64,000 bases of DNA. Source: Mycoplasmatota bacterium (GTDB taxonomy: Bacteria > Bacillota_I > Bacilli_A > Haloplasmatales > Haloplasmataceae). The DNA is taken from NCBI GenBank assembly GCA_018394295.1, contig CP074573.1, forward strand, positions 2,651,684 to 2,715,683, written 5' to 3'. Below are positions 19,628-29,627 of the stretch, one piece after another (the stretch's first letter is position 1; each line of letters starts with the position of its first letter). A program made the translations under genes and the position numbers. Under the pieces are notes generated by a model, which did no database searches, had not been told where the DNA came from, and was given only the letters and a program-made list of their open reading frames with translations.

Positions 19628-20716
19628 TTAAGAAGATTTTGTTTCTTCTTTTTCCAAAATTGATGATTTTTCTGGGTTTAACCAAACAATGTTTTCCACA
19701 CTCCAATTTCTTATGTTTCTCGACCATCTTTCTGGGTGTTTAAGTTGTGCTTGTTCATAGACTTTAATTCGCTTTTTTAATATTTTATTAGATAAACCGG
19801 AATGCCTTTGGTGTGGAGTTAAATATTTTATCCCACTATGAAGATGTTCATAGTTATACCAGTTTATAAACTGTAATGTCCAAGTTCTTGCTTGTTTAAT
19901 AGTCTCAAAGCCCTTATCTGGGTAACCTGGACAATATTTGAATGTTTTAAATATAGACTCCGCATAAGGGTTATCATTACTTACTCTAGGTCTACTATTT
20001 GATGGAGTAATACCTAGTTGATAAAGGGTCTCTAAAAGAGTGGCTCCTTTCATCGGACTTCCATTGTCAGAATGAAGCACTAAAGGTTTTTTATGTAAAA
20101 GTATATTTTCTGCTAATACTGCTCTTTTAACTAATTCACTAGCGTGTTGAGCAGATTGTTCAGACCATATTTCCCATCCTACTACTTTTCTACTAAATAA
20201 ATCTAGGATCAAATATAAATAATAATATATCCCTTTTATTGGTCCTTTTAGATAAGTAATATCCCACATCCATACTTGATTAGGACCTGTGGCATAATGT
20301 GTTGATATAGGTCTATTTTGGGGTTTTTTAGTATTTCCTCTATGTTTTAGTTGTTTTTCTTCTCTTAAGATTCTATATATTGTTGATTCAGATGCTAAAT
20401 ATATTCCTTTATCAGCTAGGAGCGGCACAATTTCATTAGGAGATAAGTTTTTATATTCAGGCTGATTTACCACTTTTAAAATTTCTTCTCGTTCTTTTTT
20501 AGTTAATCTATTTTTGGGTACTTTTTTTTTACTAATAGGTCTTTGATCTTCATTTGGTGATGAATCACTTCTCCATCGTTGAAGTGTTCGTAAACTAATT
20601 CCTATTTCTTCACATGCTTTTTCTTGTCTTGCTCCATTATCTACAGCTTCTCTTATCAGTGATATTGCTTTTTTGCGATCTGTGGCACTGATTAATCTTC
20701 CTCGTCTTCCCCCCAA
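19628..20716 (-). CDS. IS3-family transposase OrfB (integrase core, DDE)
   Basis: rve-domain motifs (WMWDITY, HSDNGSPM, ES..TFK, YNYEHLHSGIKYLTP). Confidence 0.8.
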   Translation of the reverse strand: MGGRRGRLISATDRKKAISLIREAVDNGARQEKACEEIGISLRTLQRWRSDSSPNEDQRPISKKKVPKNRLTKKEREEILKVVNQPEYKNLSPNEIVPLLADKGIYLASESTIYRILREEKQLKHRGNTKKPQNRPISTHYATGPNQVWMWDITYLKGPIKGIYYYLYLILDLFSRKVVGWEIWSEQSAQHASELVKRAVLAENILLHKKPLVLHSDNGSPMKGATLLETLYQLGITPSNSRPRVSNDNPYAESIFKTFKYCPGYPDKGFETIKQARTWTLQFINWYNYEHLHSGIKYLTPHQRHSGLSNKILKKRIKVYEQAQLKHPERWSRNIRNWSVENIVWLNPEKSSILEKEETKSS

Positions 20717-21190
20717 ATCGCACTTGCCTTTTTTCTAAGTACAAGAAGGGCTGCTGCTTCTGCAAGTGCTGATTCTTTTCTTTGGAGTTCTTTATTTAAT
20801 TTCTTAAGTTCTTGATTTTTTTCTCTTAACTGCTTTTGTAGTTCTGTTGCTTGTTTAGCTACACCACCATTAGCCTGCATACATGCATCTCGCCATTCTT
20901 TAACTTGATTAACATATAGTCCTTTATTTCTACAATACTTAGATAATTCTACTTCACTTAATGTTGCAGTTTCTAAGACAATATGAAACTTATCTTGTGT
21001 ACTCCCATTCTTCTGATTTTAAAGGTTGTTCGTTAACAGGGATTCCATTTTCTTTCGCTTTCTTTTTCCAAGTAAAAAGTGTTATTTCTGGTATTCCTGA
21101 TTCTCTTGATAATTCTTTGACTGATTCATTATGTGGTGGCATCATTCTTTGTATTAATGATAACTTATAATCCTTTGAGTATCTTGCCAT
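20692..21190 (-). pseudogene. IS3-family OrfA disrupted by frameshifts (HTH piece 20990-21190, leucine-zipper piece 20692-20880)
   Basis: Two ORF fragments in different frames separated by ~110 nt. A normal IS3 has one orfA with a -1 frameshift into orfB. Confidence 0.5.
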
Positions 21191-21485
21191 AAAGTTGTTC
21201 TCCTTACTAAGTTATTAAATTTTATTTCAAGACAACTAGTTGTCTTGAAATAACTTACTATGTCTACTATACTATTTTTAGAGCTCCATGACAACTATTC
21301 TAACACAGAGGGTAAACGCTATACTAAATTTTGTATCCAATGTTTCACTATCTATATCACTTACTATATTCTAAAGATCAAATGTTATTATAGTATTTTC
21401 ATAAGTCATTAAGTGTGTATGATGTGCAATTGGTGCATCATTACTAACAACAGATAATTATAATATATAATGGATTTTATATATT

Positions 21486-22004
21486 TTACAAATTCAGTTT
21501 ATTACACCATGCTTTTACTTCTTTATGTCCATTTAAAATAATAACTTGTTTACCTAACTTTTCTGCTTCATTAAATAGTAATTGACGCTCGATTTTCTTC
21601 TTTGGATATCCAGATAATACATATTTCACAACTTCCATATTATATTCTTCGTAACATCCCTCGGAAAGTTCCGGACGTGCATCATATTTATGTTTAAAAT
21701 ATCTTCTCAGTCCTCTAAATAAGTATATAAATCGATTTATATTTATATATATTATAGTGTCACAATTTTCGAATCTACCGTCTTTCTTTGATGCACTGAA
21801 TTTGTTTCCATCAAATATCCATTTATCTTTTTCTGATAACTCCTTAATTATATCAATCTGTTCTTTCTCTGATCGCTCTTGCCAGTTTTCCTTCCAGGTA
21901 ATACTGTCTCTATGATATACAGAAATATTAAATTTGTTTTCAAGCTTATTTGCTAAGGTAGTTTTCCCAGAACCAGACGAACCAGTTATCCATATCCTTT
22001 GCAT
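21486..22004 (-). CDS. small P-loop NTPase/kinase (AAA_33/topology-modulation-protein-like)
   Basis: ITGSSGSGKTT Walker A. 172 aa. ~80% identical paralog at 26267-26785. Confidence 0.6.
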   Translation of the reverse strand: MQRIWITGSSGSGKTTLANKLENKFNISVYHRDSITWKENWQERSEKEQIDIIKELSEKDKWIFDGNKFSASKKDGRFENCDTIIYININRFIYLFRGLRRYFKHKYDARPELSEGCYEEYNMEVVKYVLSGYPKKKIERQLLFNEAEKLGKQVIILNGHKEVKAWCNKLNL

Positions 22005-22074
22005 TACGACCTCCTACAAATATTGACTGTGATTATAATATCAATTATAATTGACATTACTATTTACTTAATTA

Positions 22075-22108
22075 TATCAAAAAGATACTGAGTTAACAGT
22101 ACCTTTTG
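22075..22108. repeat. dispersed 35-bp palindromic repeat, copy 2
   Basis: TATCAAAAAGATACTGAGTTAACAGTACCTTTTG, between the NTF2-like fragment and the kinase gene. Confidence 0.6.
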
Positions 22109-22193
22109 TTTATTATAATTATATTTAAACAATAAAATAATTTATTATTAGAGGTTTCTGTTTAATTATGGAATCCTATCTAAAAGTTTATAT

Positions 22194-22433
22194 TTATTCA
22201 TCTTGCCATAACATATTTGAAATCTTCCAACCACTTCCATCATTTAATAAATGGATTAAGTTTACACCTCTTTTTATAATTTCTTCATGTTCTTTAGACT
22301 TTTTCGCTTCATACTTACTATAAACATTAGCTATATTCTTATAAGTTTTAATCTCATAGTTTAATCCATATTCATAAAAATTATGCTCTCTAAGGAAATT
22401 TCTAACCTTTAAAATATATTGATTAACATCCAT
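22194..22433 (-). pseudogene. N-terminally truncated NTF2/SnoaL-like protein (paralog of 27002-27409)
   Basis: 79 aa, ~90% identical to the C-terminal 79 aa of the 135-aa paralog. The 5' part is deleted. Confidence 0.55.
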
Positions 22434-22640
22434 TTGTAATAGTTTACCTATATGGATCCATCGAATTCTGCAAAATAATTAATTCTGTTCCTAAAGAATC
22501 TGCTATTTTCTTATTTATCTTTACAAACCATTTACCAAATTCACTTCCAACCATTACCACAGCATATTATATTTTTTATCAGCTGATTTTTTCATATTTT
22601 TTCAAGCACTAATATGAGAAAATAAGATCACTTAAATAAC
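22434..22640 (-). pseudogene. remnants of alpha/beta-hydrolase gene and downstream sequence (deleted copy of 27560-28860)
   Basis: ~110 bp nearly identical to part of the hydrolase gene at 27570-27680, followed by ~80 bp matching 28760-28850. Internal deletions. Confidence 0.5.
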
Positions 22641-23212
22641 TATCATTTGATAGCACTTTAATTTTTTTTATTATCATCTATATATCTAACTTAAAATGTA
22701 ATTGTCTATATGCTTTTTTTATCATGATATTTAATAATTATTATACTCCAGTCTTCGCAAAAGATAAAATTAATCTATTCCTTTGGCTACTTGGTAATAA
22801 CAAAAAACTAACTCTGTTTTTATTACTTTCGCTCTTTCTAATATTTTTATAGATAATAGTTTTTGTTCCATTCTTTCAGTTAATAGTCCTATAAACCCAA
22901 TTGAATAAATTAATAGTTTTACTCCAAGCATCTTCATAAACATTCCCAACAGGTGTAACAATCGTAAATATAATTTTATTCATCCCTTGCTTATATGCAA
23001 ATTTAACATAATCTTCGTTTAACATATTCTGAGTAAGAAATTATTGCCTATCTTCTAGTTTCAATTAATAATAATTGAAATTATATATTTTTGTATTAAC
23101 TTTGTTTTGATTTCTTATTTAAAAAATTACTTGATTAAAAAATAGTGTAAATTCGAGATTTTTAATTATATATAATGTATAATTAAACTAATTATAAAAA
23201 AGGAGATATTTT

Positions 23213-24334
23213 ATGAAACTAAAAGAATTCAAGTTAGAAGTATTCTTTGGAAAGCATGAGTTTACAGCTCCATATTTACTGACGCAATCTGATTGTGAGG
23301 CAATGACAATTAAAGAGCTGCTTACATATGAATCAGATTCGGAAGTAAACTTTCTTAATGAACCACTTGGATATACCGAGGTACAAGGAAATCCTAAACT
23401 TCGAAATGCCATATCGAATCTTTATAAAACAATTAACCCTGAAGAAATCCTAGTCCATGTTGGAGCACAAGAACCAATATTTAATTTTATGAATGTTCTT
23501 CTACAAAAAGATGATCATGTTATTTGTCAATTTCCTATCTATCAATCATTATTTGAGGTTGCAAATGCAATAGGATGTGAAATATCTAAATGGTCTATTG
23601 AACAAGGTGATCATGGTTGGTTATTTGATATTGAAAAATTAGAAGGACTTATAAAACCAAACACAAGACTCTTATGCTTAAATAGTCCCAATAATCCAAC
23701 TGGATATACGTTGAAAAAAGAAGAAATGTACAAGATTGTAGAAATTGCAAGAAAATATGACATCTTTATTTTTTGTGATGAAGTATATAAAGGGATTGAA
23801 TTGGATGGAATCAATAGACCATGGTTTGCTGATTGTTATGAAAAAGGGATTTCATTAGGAGGGATGTCAAAAGCTTATGGTTTAGCAGGTCTACGCGTAG
23901 GTTGGATTGCTACAAAGGATCATAATTTAATAAAAGAAATGAAAAAGTTCAAACATTATACAAGTATTTGTACTAGTGGACCTTCTGAGTACCTAGCTAC
24001 AATAGCACTAAAGCATAGTGATAAGATACTTAAAAAAAATAAAAAGATAATTGAAGATAACCTTAAAACTTCAGATATTTTTTTCGAAAAATATTCACAC
24101 TTATTTGAATACAATCGACCTATGGCTGGACCTGTCGCTTTCCATAAAATCAATATTGATATGCCAATACATGATTTTTGTGAAAGATTAGTTTCTGATC
24201 AAGGTGTCCTTTTATTACCCTCTGATATTTACTTATACGATGGTCAATATTTTAGAATGGGATATGGTAGAACTAATTTTAGAGATAGCCTATTAAAGTT
24301 TGAAGAATATTTAATTGCTAATAAATATGTTTAA
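23213..24334 (+). CDS. PLP-dependent aminotransferase, class I/II
   Basis: 373 aa. Conserved Lys region GMSKAYGLAGLRVGW and NNPTG motif. Confidence 0.85.
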   Translation: MKLKEFKLEVFFGKHEFTAPYLLTQSDCEAMTIKELLTYESDSEVNFLNEPLGYTEVQGNPKLRNAISNLYKTINPEEILVHVGAQEPIFNFMNVLLQKDDHVICQFPIYQSLFEVANAIGCEISKWSIEQGDHGWLFDIEKLEGLIKPNTRLLCLNSPNNPTGYTLKKEEMYKIVEIARKYDIFIFCDEVYKGIELDGINRPWFADCYEKGISLGGMSKAYGLAGLRVGWIATKDHNLIKEMKKFKHYTSICTSGPSEYLATIALKHSDKILKKNKKIIEDNLKTSDIFFEKYSHLFEYNRPMAGPVAFHKINIDMPIHDFCERLVSDQGVLLLPSDIYLYDGQYFRMGYGRTNFRDSLLKFEEYLIANKYV

Positions 24335-24603
24335 GTTATTTCATCTTGTTTATTAGGTACTACCATACATCTAATTTGCCTTTAAACACATATCCTACTT
24401 TTTTGAGTTTGTTACTATTATGTTTACTTATCATTCTACCTCTACTCCTTTTTCCCTTACTAAATATTATTTATAAAAAATACCTATATAGCCAACACTT
24501 TTTTGTGTCTACCATATAGGTATAATATCATCTTTCAATCTTTTTTCTATTTTTTATTATATTTCTACATATTCTCTTAGTCAGAATATCATAATTAGTA
24601 GAC

Positions 24604-25822
24604 TTATTTGAATAATGTACGTTGAAGATGTTTATAAAATTCGTCTTTTGTTAATGGAGGGCTATAGTAGAAACCCTGAATTAAATTACATCCTATAGAT
24701 TTAAGATAATTAATTTGTTCTTTACTTTCTGCTCCTTCCATGATTACCTTCAAATTTAACTTATTAGCTATATTTGAAATTACGTGAGCAATCTCTCCAT
24801 TATCCTTTTCAGGGTAATCCTTTATAAAGCTTCTGTCAATCTTTAGTTTATCTATATGTAGGTTCTTTAAATAACTCAATGATGAAAAACCAGTTCCAAA
24901 ATCATCTATAGCTACTGTCATACCCAATTCTTTAAATTGGTTTAATTTTTCATTAACAATCCAATGTCATTCATGAAAATACTTTCTGTTATCTCACTTT
25001 CAAAGTTTCTAAAATTAATATTATATTTTCTAGCAATTTCATTAAACTTAGGTAATAGCTCCTTATCCTTAAATTGTAAAGGTGAAATATTTATAGATAT
25101 TCTAAAACCAGAGTTTATTTTCTCTTTTATAGACAAGTAATCTTGAAATATTCTTTCTATTAGCCAATATCCCAATTCAATAATTTGACCTGTTTTTCTG
25201 CAAGTGGAATAAATTCACCTGGTGATATAATACCTAACTGTTTATTCCACCTTAATAGTGCCTCAGCACCTACCGTTTTTTCTTTTTCTATCTCTACCTG
25301 CGGTTGATAATAAACACTAAGTTCATTATTAGAAATGGCATTTCTTAAAAAGAGATTCATTCTTATGTCTTTTTCAATATTATCTTTTAAAACCGGTTCA
25401 TAATACTTATATTTTATTTCTTTTACATTTATAACATTTTCTAATGCTATGTATGCATTAATAATAAATTCATATGAGGTAGTTCCATTTTCAGGATACA
25501 TAGAAATACCTGCTTTTATATCAAAAAATAATTCATTACCTTCTAAATTAATTGGTTTTTTGTTTTGACTAAAAAATTCTTTAAGAAAATGCTCTATTTC
25601 TTCTCTATTGGCGTAAGATGCTACTCCTATAACAATATTATTTTTTGTTATTTGAGCTATAAAATCTTCTCCATTAAGCGTAGCTTTTATACGGTCTATA
25701 AAATCATCAAGAAAATTCTGATTACTATCTTTCATCTTTATCATAATATTATTATAATTCATAATAGAAAAATAAATAATACTAAATTTTGGGGGATTAC
25801 TACTAATACTTTTATCTATCAA
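24604..25822 (-). pseudogene. EAL-domain c-di-GMP phosphodiesterase (with degenerate GGDEF-like N-terminal region), split by two frameshifts
   Basis: EAL motifs appear in order across three ORFs: ELSVYYQPQ..GAEALLRW (25160-25822), ISPLQF..ESEITES (24942-25175), DDFGTGFSS..EGAES..Q (24604-24927). Confidence 0.6.
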
Positions 25823-26266
25823 TCCCTTAAGGAGATTTTCATTAGGTAAATTAGTTTCTATATTATAATTCTTTAACTTAGTTGCATTTTTTGTTCTTCT
25901 TTAATTTTTGTCAAATCGGTAAATATACCTAAATATTTATCAACTTTACTGTTAGATTTATTTTTCATCACGTATATGAACAGTTTTTTGGGATACAACA
26001 TACCATCTTTTTTTCTGTCCCACAACTCTCCCTTCCAAATGTAATGCATAAAGTAAACAACTGTTGTTTCTGAACTTAATCCAAATTTTTTTTCATCTAA
26101 TTGGCTTCCTATAAGCATTTTCAGTAGTGCCTATTCAACAAGTTGTCTTTCTTCAAATTTCATAGCGCAACTCCCTTTAATAGGTTTATTTTATACTCTA
26201 TAAGATTTCTTTAATAATCAATAAGTATCTTTGTAAAAGTATACTTAATATTGGCTCTTATAATAT

Positions 26267-26785
26267 TTATAAATTCAGTTTATTACACCATGCTCTTACT
26301 TCTTTACGTCCATTCAATATAATTACTTCTTTCCCTAACTTTCTAGCTTCATTAAATAGTAATTGTCGCTCATATTTCTTTTTTGGATAGCCAAATAATA
26401 CATATTTTATTGCTTCCATATTATATTCTTCATAACATCCTTCTGAAAATTCAGGTCTTGTATGATGTCTATGTTTTAAATATCTTCTTACTCCTCTATA
26501 TAAACATAAAAATCGATTTATATTTATATGTATTATCATGTCACAATTATCAAATCTACCATCATTCTTTGAAGCACTGAATTTATTACCATCAAATATC
26601 CATTTATCTTTTTCTGATATCTCTTTTATTATTTCAATCTGTTCTTTCTCTGAACGCTCTTGCCAATTTTCCTTCCAGGTAATTCTGTCTCTATGATATA
26701 CAGGAATATTTAATTTGTTTCCAAGTTTATTCGCGATAGTAGTTTTCCCTGAACCAGACGAACCTGTTATCCATATCCTATACAT
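26267..26785 (-). CDS. small P-loop NTPase/kinase (paralog of 21486-22004)
   Basis: ITGSSGSGKTT Walker A. 172 aa. Confidence 0.6.
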   Translation of the reverse strand: MYRIWITGSSGSGKTTIANKLGNKLNIPVYHRDRITWKENWQERSEKEQIEIIKEISEKDKWIFDGNKFSASKNDGRFDNCDMIIHININRFLCLYRGVRRYLKHRHHTRPEFSEGCYEEYNMEAIKYVLFGYPKKKYERQLLFNEARKLGKEVIILNGRKEVRAWCNKLNL

Positions 26786-26865
26786 TTACGATCTCCTACA
26801 TATATTATTTTTTTGACTGTGATTTGATACTAATAATAAATGAATTTACTATTTACTTAATTATA

Positions 26866-26900
26866 TCTAAAAAGATACTGAATTAACAGTACCTTTTGTT
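26866..26900. repeat. dispersed 35-bp palindromic repeat, copy 3
   Basis: TATCTAAAAAGATACTGAATTAACAGTACCTTTTG. Confidence 0.6.
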
Positions 26901-27001
26901 ATTAATATTTCTTTTTAAACAATATAATAATTAGTAATAAAAAGATTAATAATTTCAGTTTAATGGAAACCTCGCTATCTTTACAATATCTAAATAAATT
27001 T

Positions 27002-27409
27002 TTATTCATCTTGCCATAACATATTTGAAATCTTCCAACCACTTCCGTCATTAAATAAATGGATTAAGTTTACACCTCTTTTTATAATTTCTTCATGTTC
27101 TTTAGACTTTTTCGCTTCATACATACTATAAACATTAGCTATATTCTTATAAGTTTTAATCTCATAGTTTAATCCATATTCATAAAAATCATGCTCTTTA
27201 AGGAAATTGTTAACCTTTAAAATATATTGATTTACATCAATTTGTAATGACAAAACTTCATTTTCTTCATTTATTATTATTGGTTTTATTATTGCGTCTT
27301 TTGTAAATAGATTTTTAAAATAAACCCAATCCCGTTTTTCATTAGATTTTCCTGAAATTATCCTGTAAAACTCATTTATAACTTTTGTTATCCTCTGTTT
27401 TTCTGACAA
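27002..27409 (-). CDS. NTF2/SnoaL-like small protein (135 aa)
   Basis: Intact ORF. Paralog of the truncated 22194-22433 copy. Confidence 0.45.
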   Translation of the reverse strand: MSEKQRITKVINEFYRIISGKSNEKRDWVYFKNLFTKDAIIKPIIINEENEVLSLQIDVNQYILKVNNFLKEHDFYEYGLNYEIKTYKNIANVYSMYEAKKSKEHEEIIKRGVNLIHLFNDGSGWKISNMLWQDE

Positions 27410-27511
27410 TTAAATCCCTCCATTTTATAAATTTCACCCTCTGTGTAACCATTTCTGATAATCGTATACTTCAGGTTTCTTATTGTTTTCCCATAAAATT
27501 TCTTCTAATAT

Positions 27512-28297
27512 TTATTCATCGAGAAATTCAAGTACATTTTTATTAAATTCATCTGGATTTACTAAATTAGATGGATCCATCGAATTCTGTAAAATAATTA
27601 AATCTGTTCCTAAAGAATCTGCTATTTTCTTATTTATCTTTACAAACCATTTACCAAATTCACTTCCAACCATTACCATAGCATTAAATTTATGGTTGTT
27701 TAATTCATCTAAAATAGCTATCTGATTAATCGCCTTTCTTGACAAAACCATTTGTTTCAGATCAACCTCTAGGCAGATTTCCTTAAAATATTTTTTAGCT
27801 CTATAAGCAAAATCAGCTTTGTAAGTAGACTCCATTCCTTTTGCTAATGCTTTGTTCCCTAAAATTTTAAATAATTTATATCCTATTACCGATGAAAAAC
27901 CAAGTATTCTTTCAGGGATTGTTTTTAACTCTCCAAAACTATCAGAAATTATTATTTTATCTACTAAATCAGGATAGTTTACAATAAATGATAAAGCTAT
28001 TACTCCTCCCATACTCACACCGATTATAGATACTTTATGTATATTTAAATGTATTAGTAATTCCTCTATTTGTTTTGTCCAATCAGAGAGTGTTAATTTA
28101 TTAACCCTTGAAGATTTTCCATGTGCAATCATATCAGGAACAATAATATGATATCCTTTTGAAGCATACAATTCTGTTTGAGGTCTCCACATTTGATTGT
28201 CTGCACCTATTCCATGAATTAAAAGTATAGTAGGATCGCATTTTTCCCCATACTCCTCATAATATGTTCTTAAACCCTTTTGATTTTCAAATATCAT
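27512..28297 (-). CDS. alpha/beta-fold hydrolase
   Basis: HG oxyanion motif (LLIHGIGAD), nucleophile elbow GVSMGG, C-terminal His region. Confidence 0.8.
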   Translation of the reverse strand: MIFENQKGLRTYYEEYGEKCDPTILLIHGIGADNQMWRPQTELYASKGYHIIVPDMIAHGKSSRVNKLTLSDWTKQIEELLIHLNIHKVSIIGVSMGGVIALSFIVNYPDLVDKIIISDSFGELKTIPERILGFSSVIGYKLFKILGNKALAKGMESTYKADFAYRAKKYFKEICLEVDLKQMVLSRKAINQIAILDELNNHKFNAMVMVGSEFGKWFVKINKKIADSLGTDLIILQNSMDPSNLVNPDEFNKNVLEFLDE

Positions 28298-28821
28298 CTT
28301 ATTACCTCCAACTTTAGTCTTGCTTTTATCATTAAATTAAGCTTTCGTATGACTTTATTCCTAAAATAAGATTCCATAAATGTAGGGATAATTGATAATA
28401 TATTATTATCAATTATTATTCACTATTCTATTGCTCAATTCTGATTTCGCCCTTAAAATGAACATTTACTGGGTAGTAATCCTATTTAATAATCATTGGA
28501 ATATCTACATAAACTAAATCAAGTATTCTGATATTATTTCCCTTTCAATACCCTTTGAGAAACCTTTTTAATTCTAGGCAATGTACCTCCTATAATCTCA
28601 GAAAAGTTAAAAAACTACATACTGAATACCAACTTAACTACTTCGCTATAAAATTTAATGTCTGTTACGGACCACACAGTCTAGACCAAGTGGTCTATAT
28701 AATCTATATTACTACTTCCTTTATTCTTTGTCAACACTTATCTACTTTATGTTTTTGTATATTGTATTTTTTATCAGCTGATTTTGAATAACATCAGCCG
28801 CTTTTTTAAAATTTCATATTT

Positions 28822-29061
28822 TCAAGCAATAATATGAGAAAATAAGCTTACTAAAATAACTATTACCATAATAATAGGTTCATCACCAATAACTTTGTTT
28901 ATCTCTTTCATATAATTCTGATATAATTTTTCTAAACTTAAATCTTGATTTGAAATTCTTGATAATCTTTCAACTGTATTTATCTTTTTAATTTTTTCAT
29001 CTAATGCATCAGAGATATTAGATAGTATTGTTGAATGACTCTTAGTGATTCCATAAACCAT
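28822..29061 (-). CDS. hypothetical small protein (79 aa)
   Basis: ORF only. C-terminal hydrophobic helix. Confidence 0.25.
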   Translation of the reverse strand: MVYGITKSHSTILSNISDALDEKIKKINTVERLSRISNQDLSLEKLYQNYMKEINKVIGDEPIIMVIVILVSLFSHIIA

Positions 29062-29627
29062 TTCTATTATAAACTTGGATTCAACCTGCCCTAGACCTAC
29101 TGAATCTGGTGGTTTTTTATTTCTCTAATTTTTTAACGATATATAAATCATCTATAATATTGATATATATATAAAATTATAACATAATTAAATCGTAATT
29201 AAAATTTCTATATGATTAACTCTGAATGTTAATGTGGTGCAGTTAAATGCTTTTTATCTGTATACCGGAATTTTAATTTACCAAATTGGGGGTTCGATTC
29301 CCCACAACATCAGGAATGTTGCTATGGTTTAGATCTGACTTTTAATCAGAAATAAAAAAAAAGAATAGAAATTTTAAGTTAATATTTCCATTAATATTTT
29401 TATATTAATAAAAAAGTAAATTACCTTGTATAAATTAGGATACCGTAGACATTTTATATTTACCAACACTTATTTATCCTAACGTTTATGTCTATTAATA
29501 CCAATGGCTAAACCACTTGTGTCCGTAAATATATAATGCTACTTAATAATTTATCCGTTATTTACTTTTGAAATATTCGCTTATTATTTCTATAGGCATT
29601 TACCCTCAGGGGATTATCTTATAAAAA

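Larger units (their letters stand above)
19590..21255 (-). mobile_element. decayed IS3-family insertion sequence
   Basis: orfB DDE transposase (19628-20716) plus orfA in two out-of-frame pieces. 24-bp perfect palindrome TTCAAGACAACTAGTTGTCTTGAA near the orfA-side end. Exact boundaries uncertain. Confidence 0.5.

Noticed and set aside
25873-26118. 81-aa minus-strand ORF between the EAL pseudogene and the kinase paralog
   Set aside because: No motifs or RBS, in a region of gene debris. Could be a fragment, but too weak to call.
29222-29312. Complete tRNA gene
   Set aside because: Only a T-arm plus a 3' acceptor strand can be folded. No complementary 5' acceptor strand, D arm or anticodon arm. 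Reported as a remnant only.
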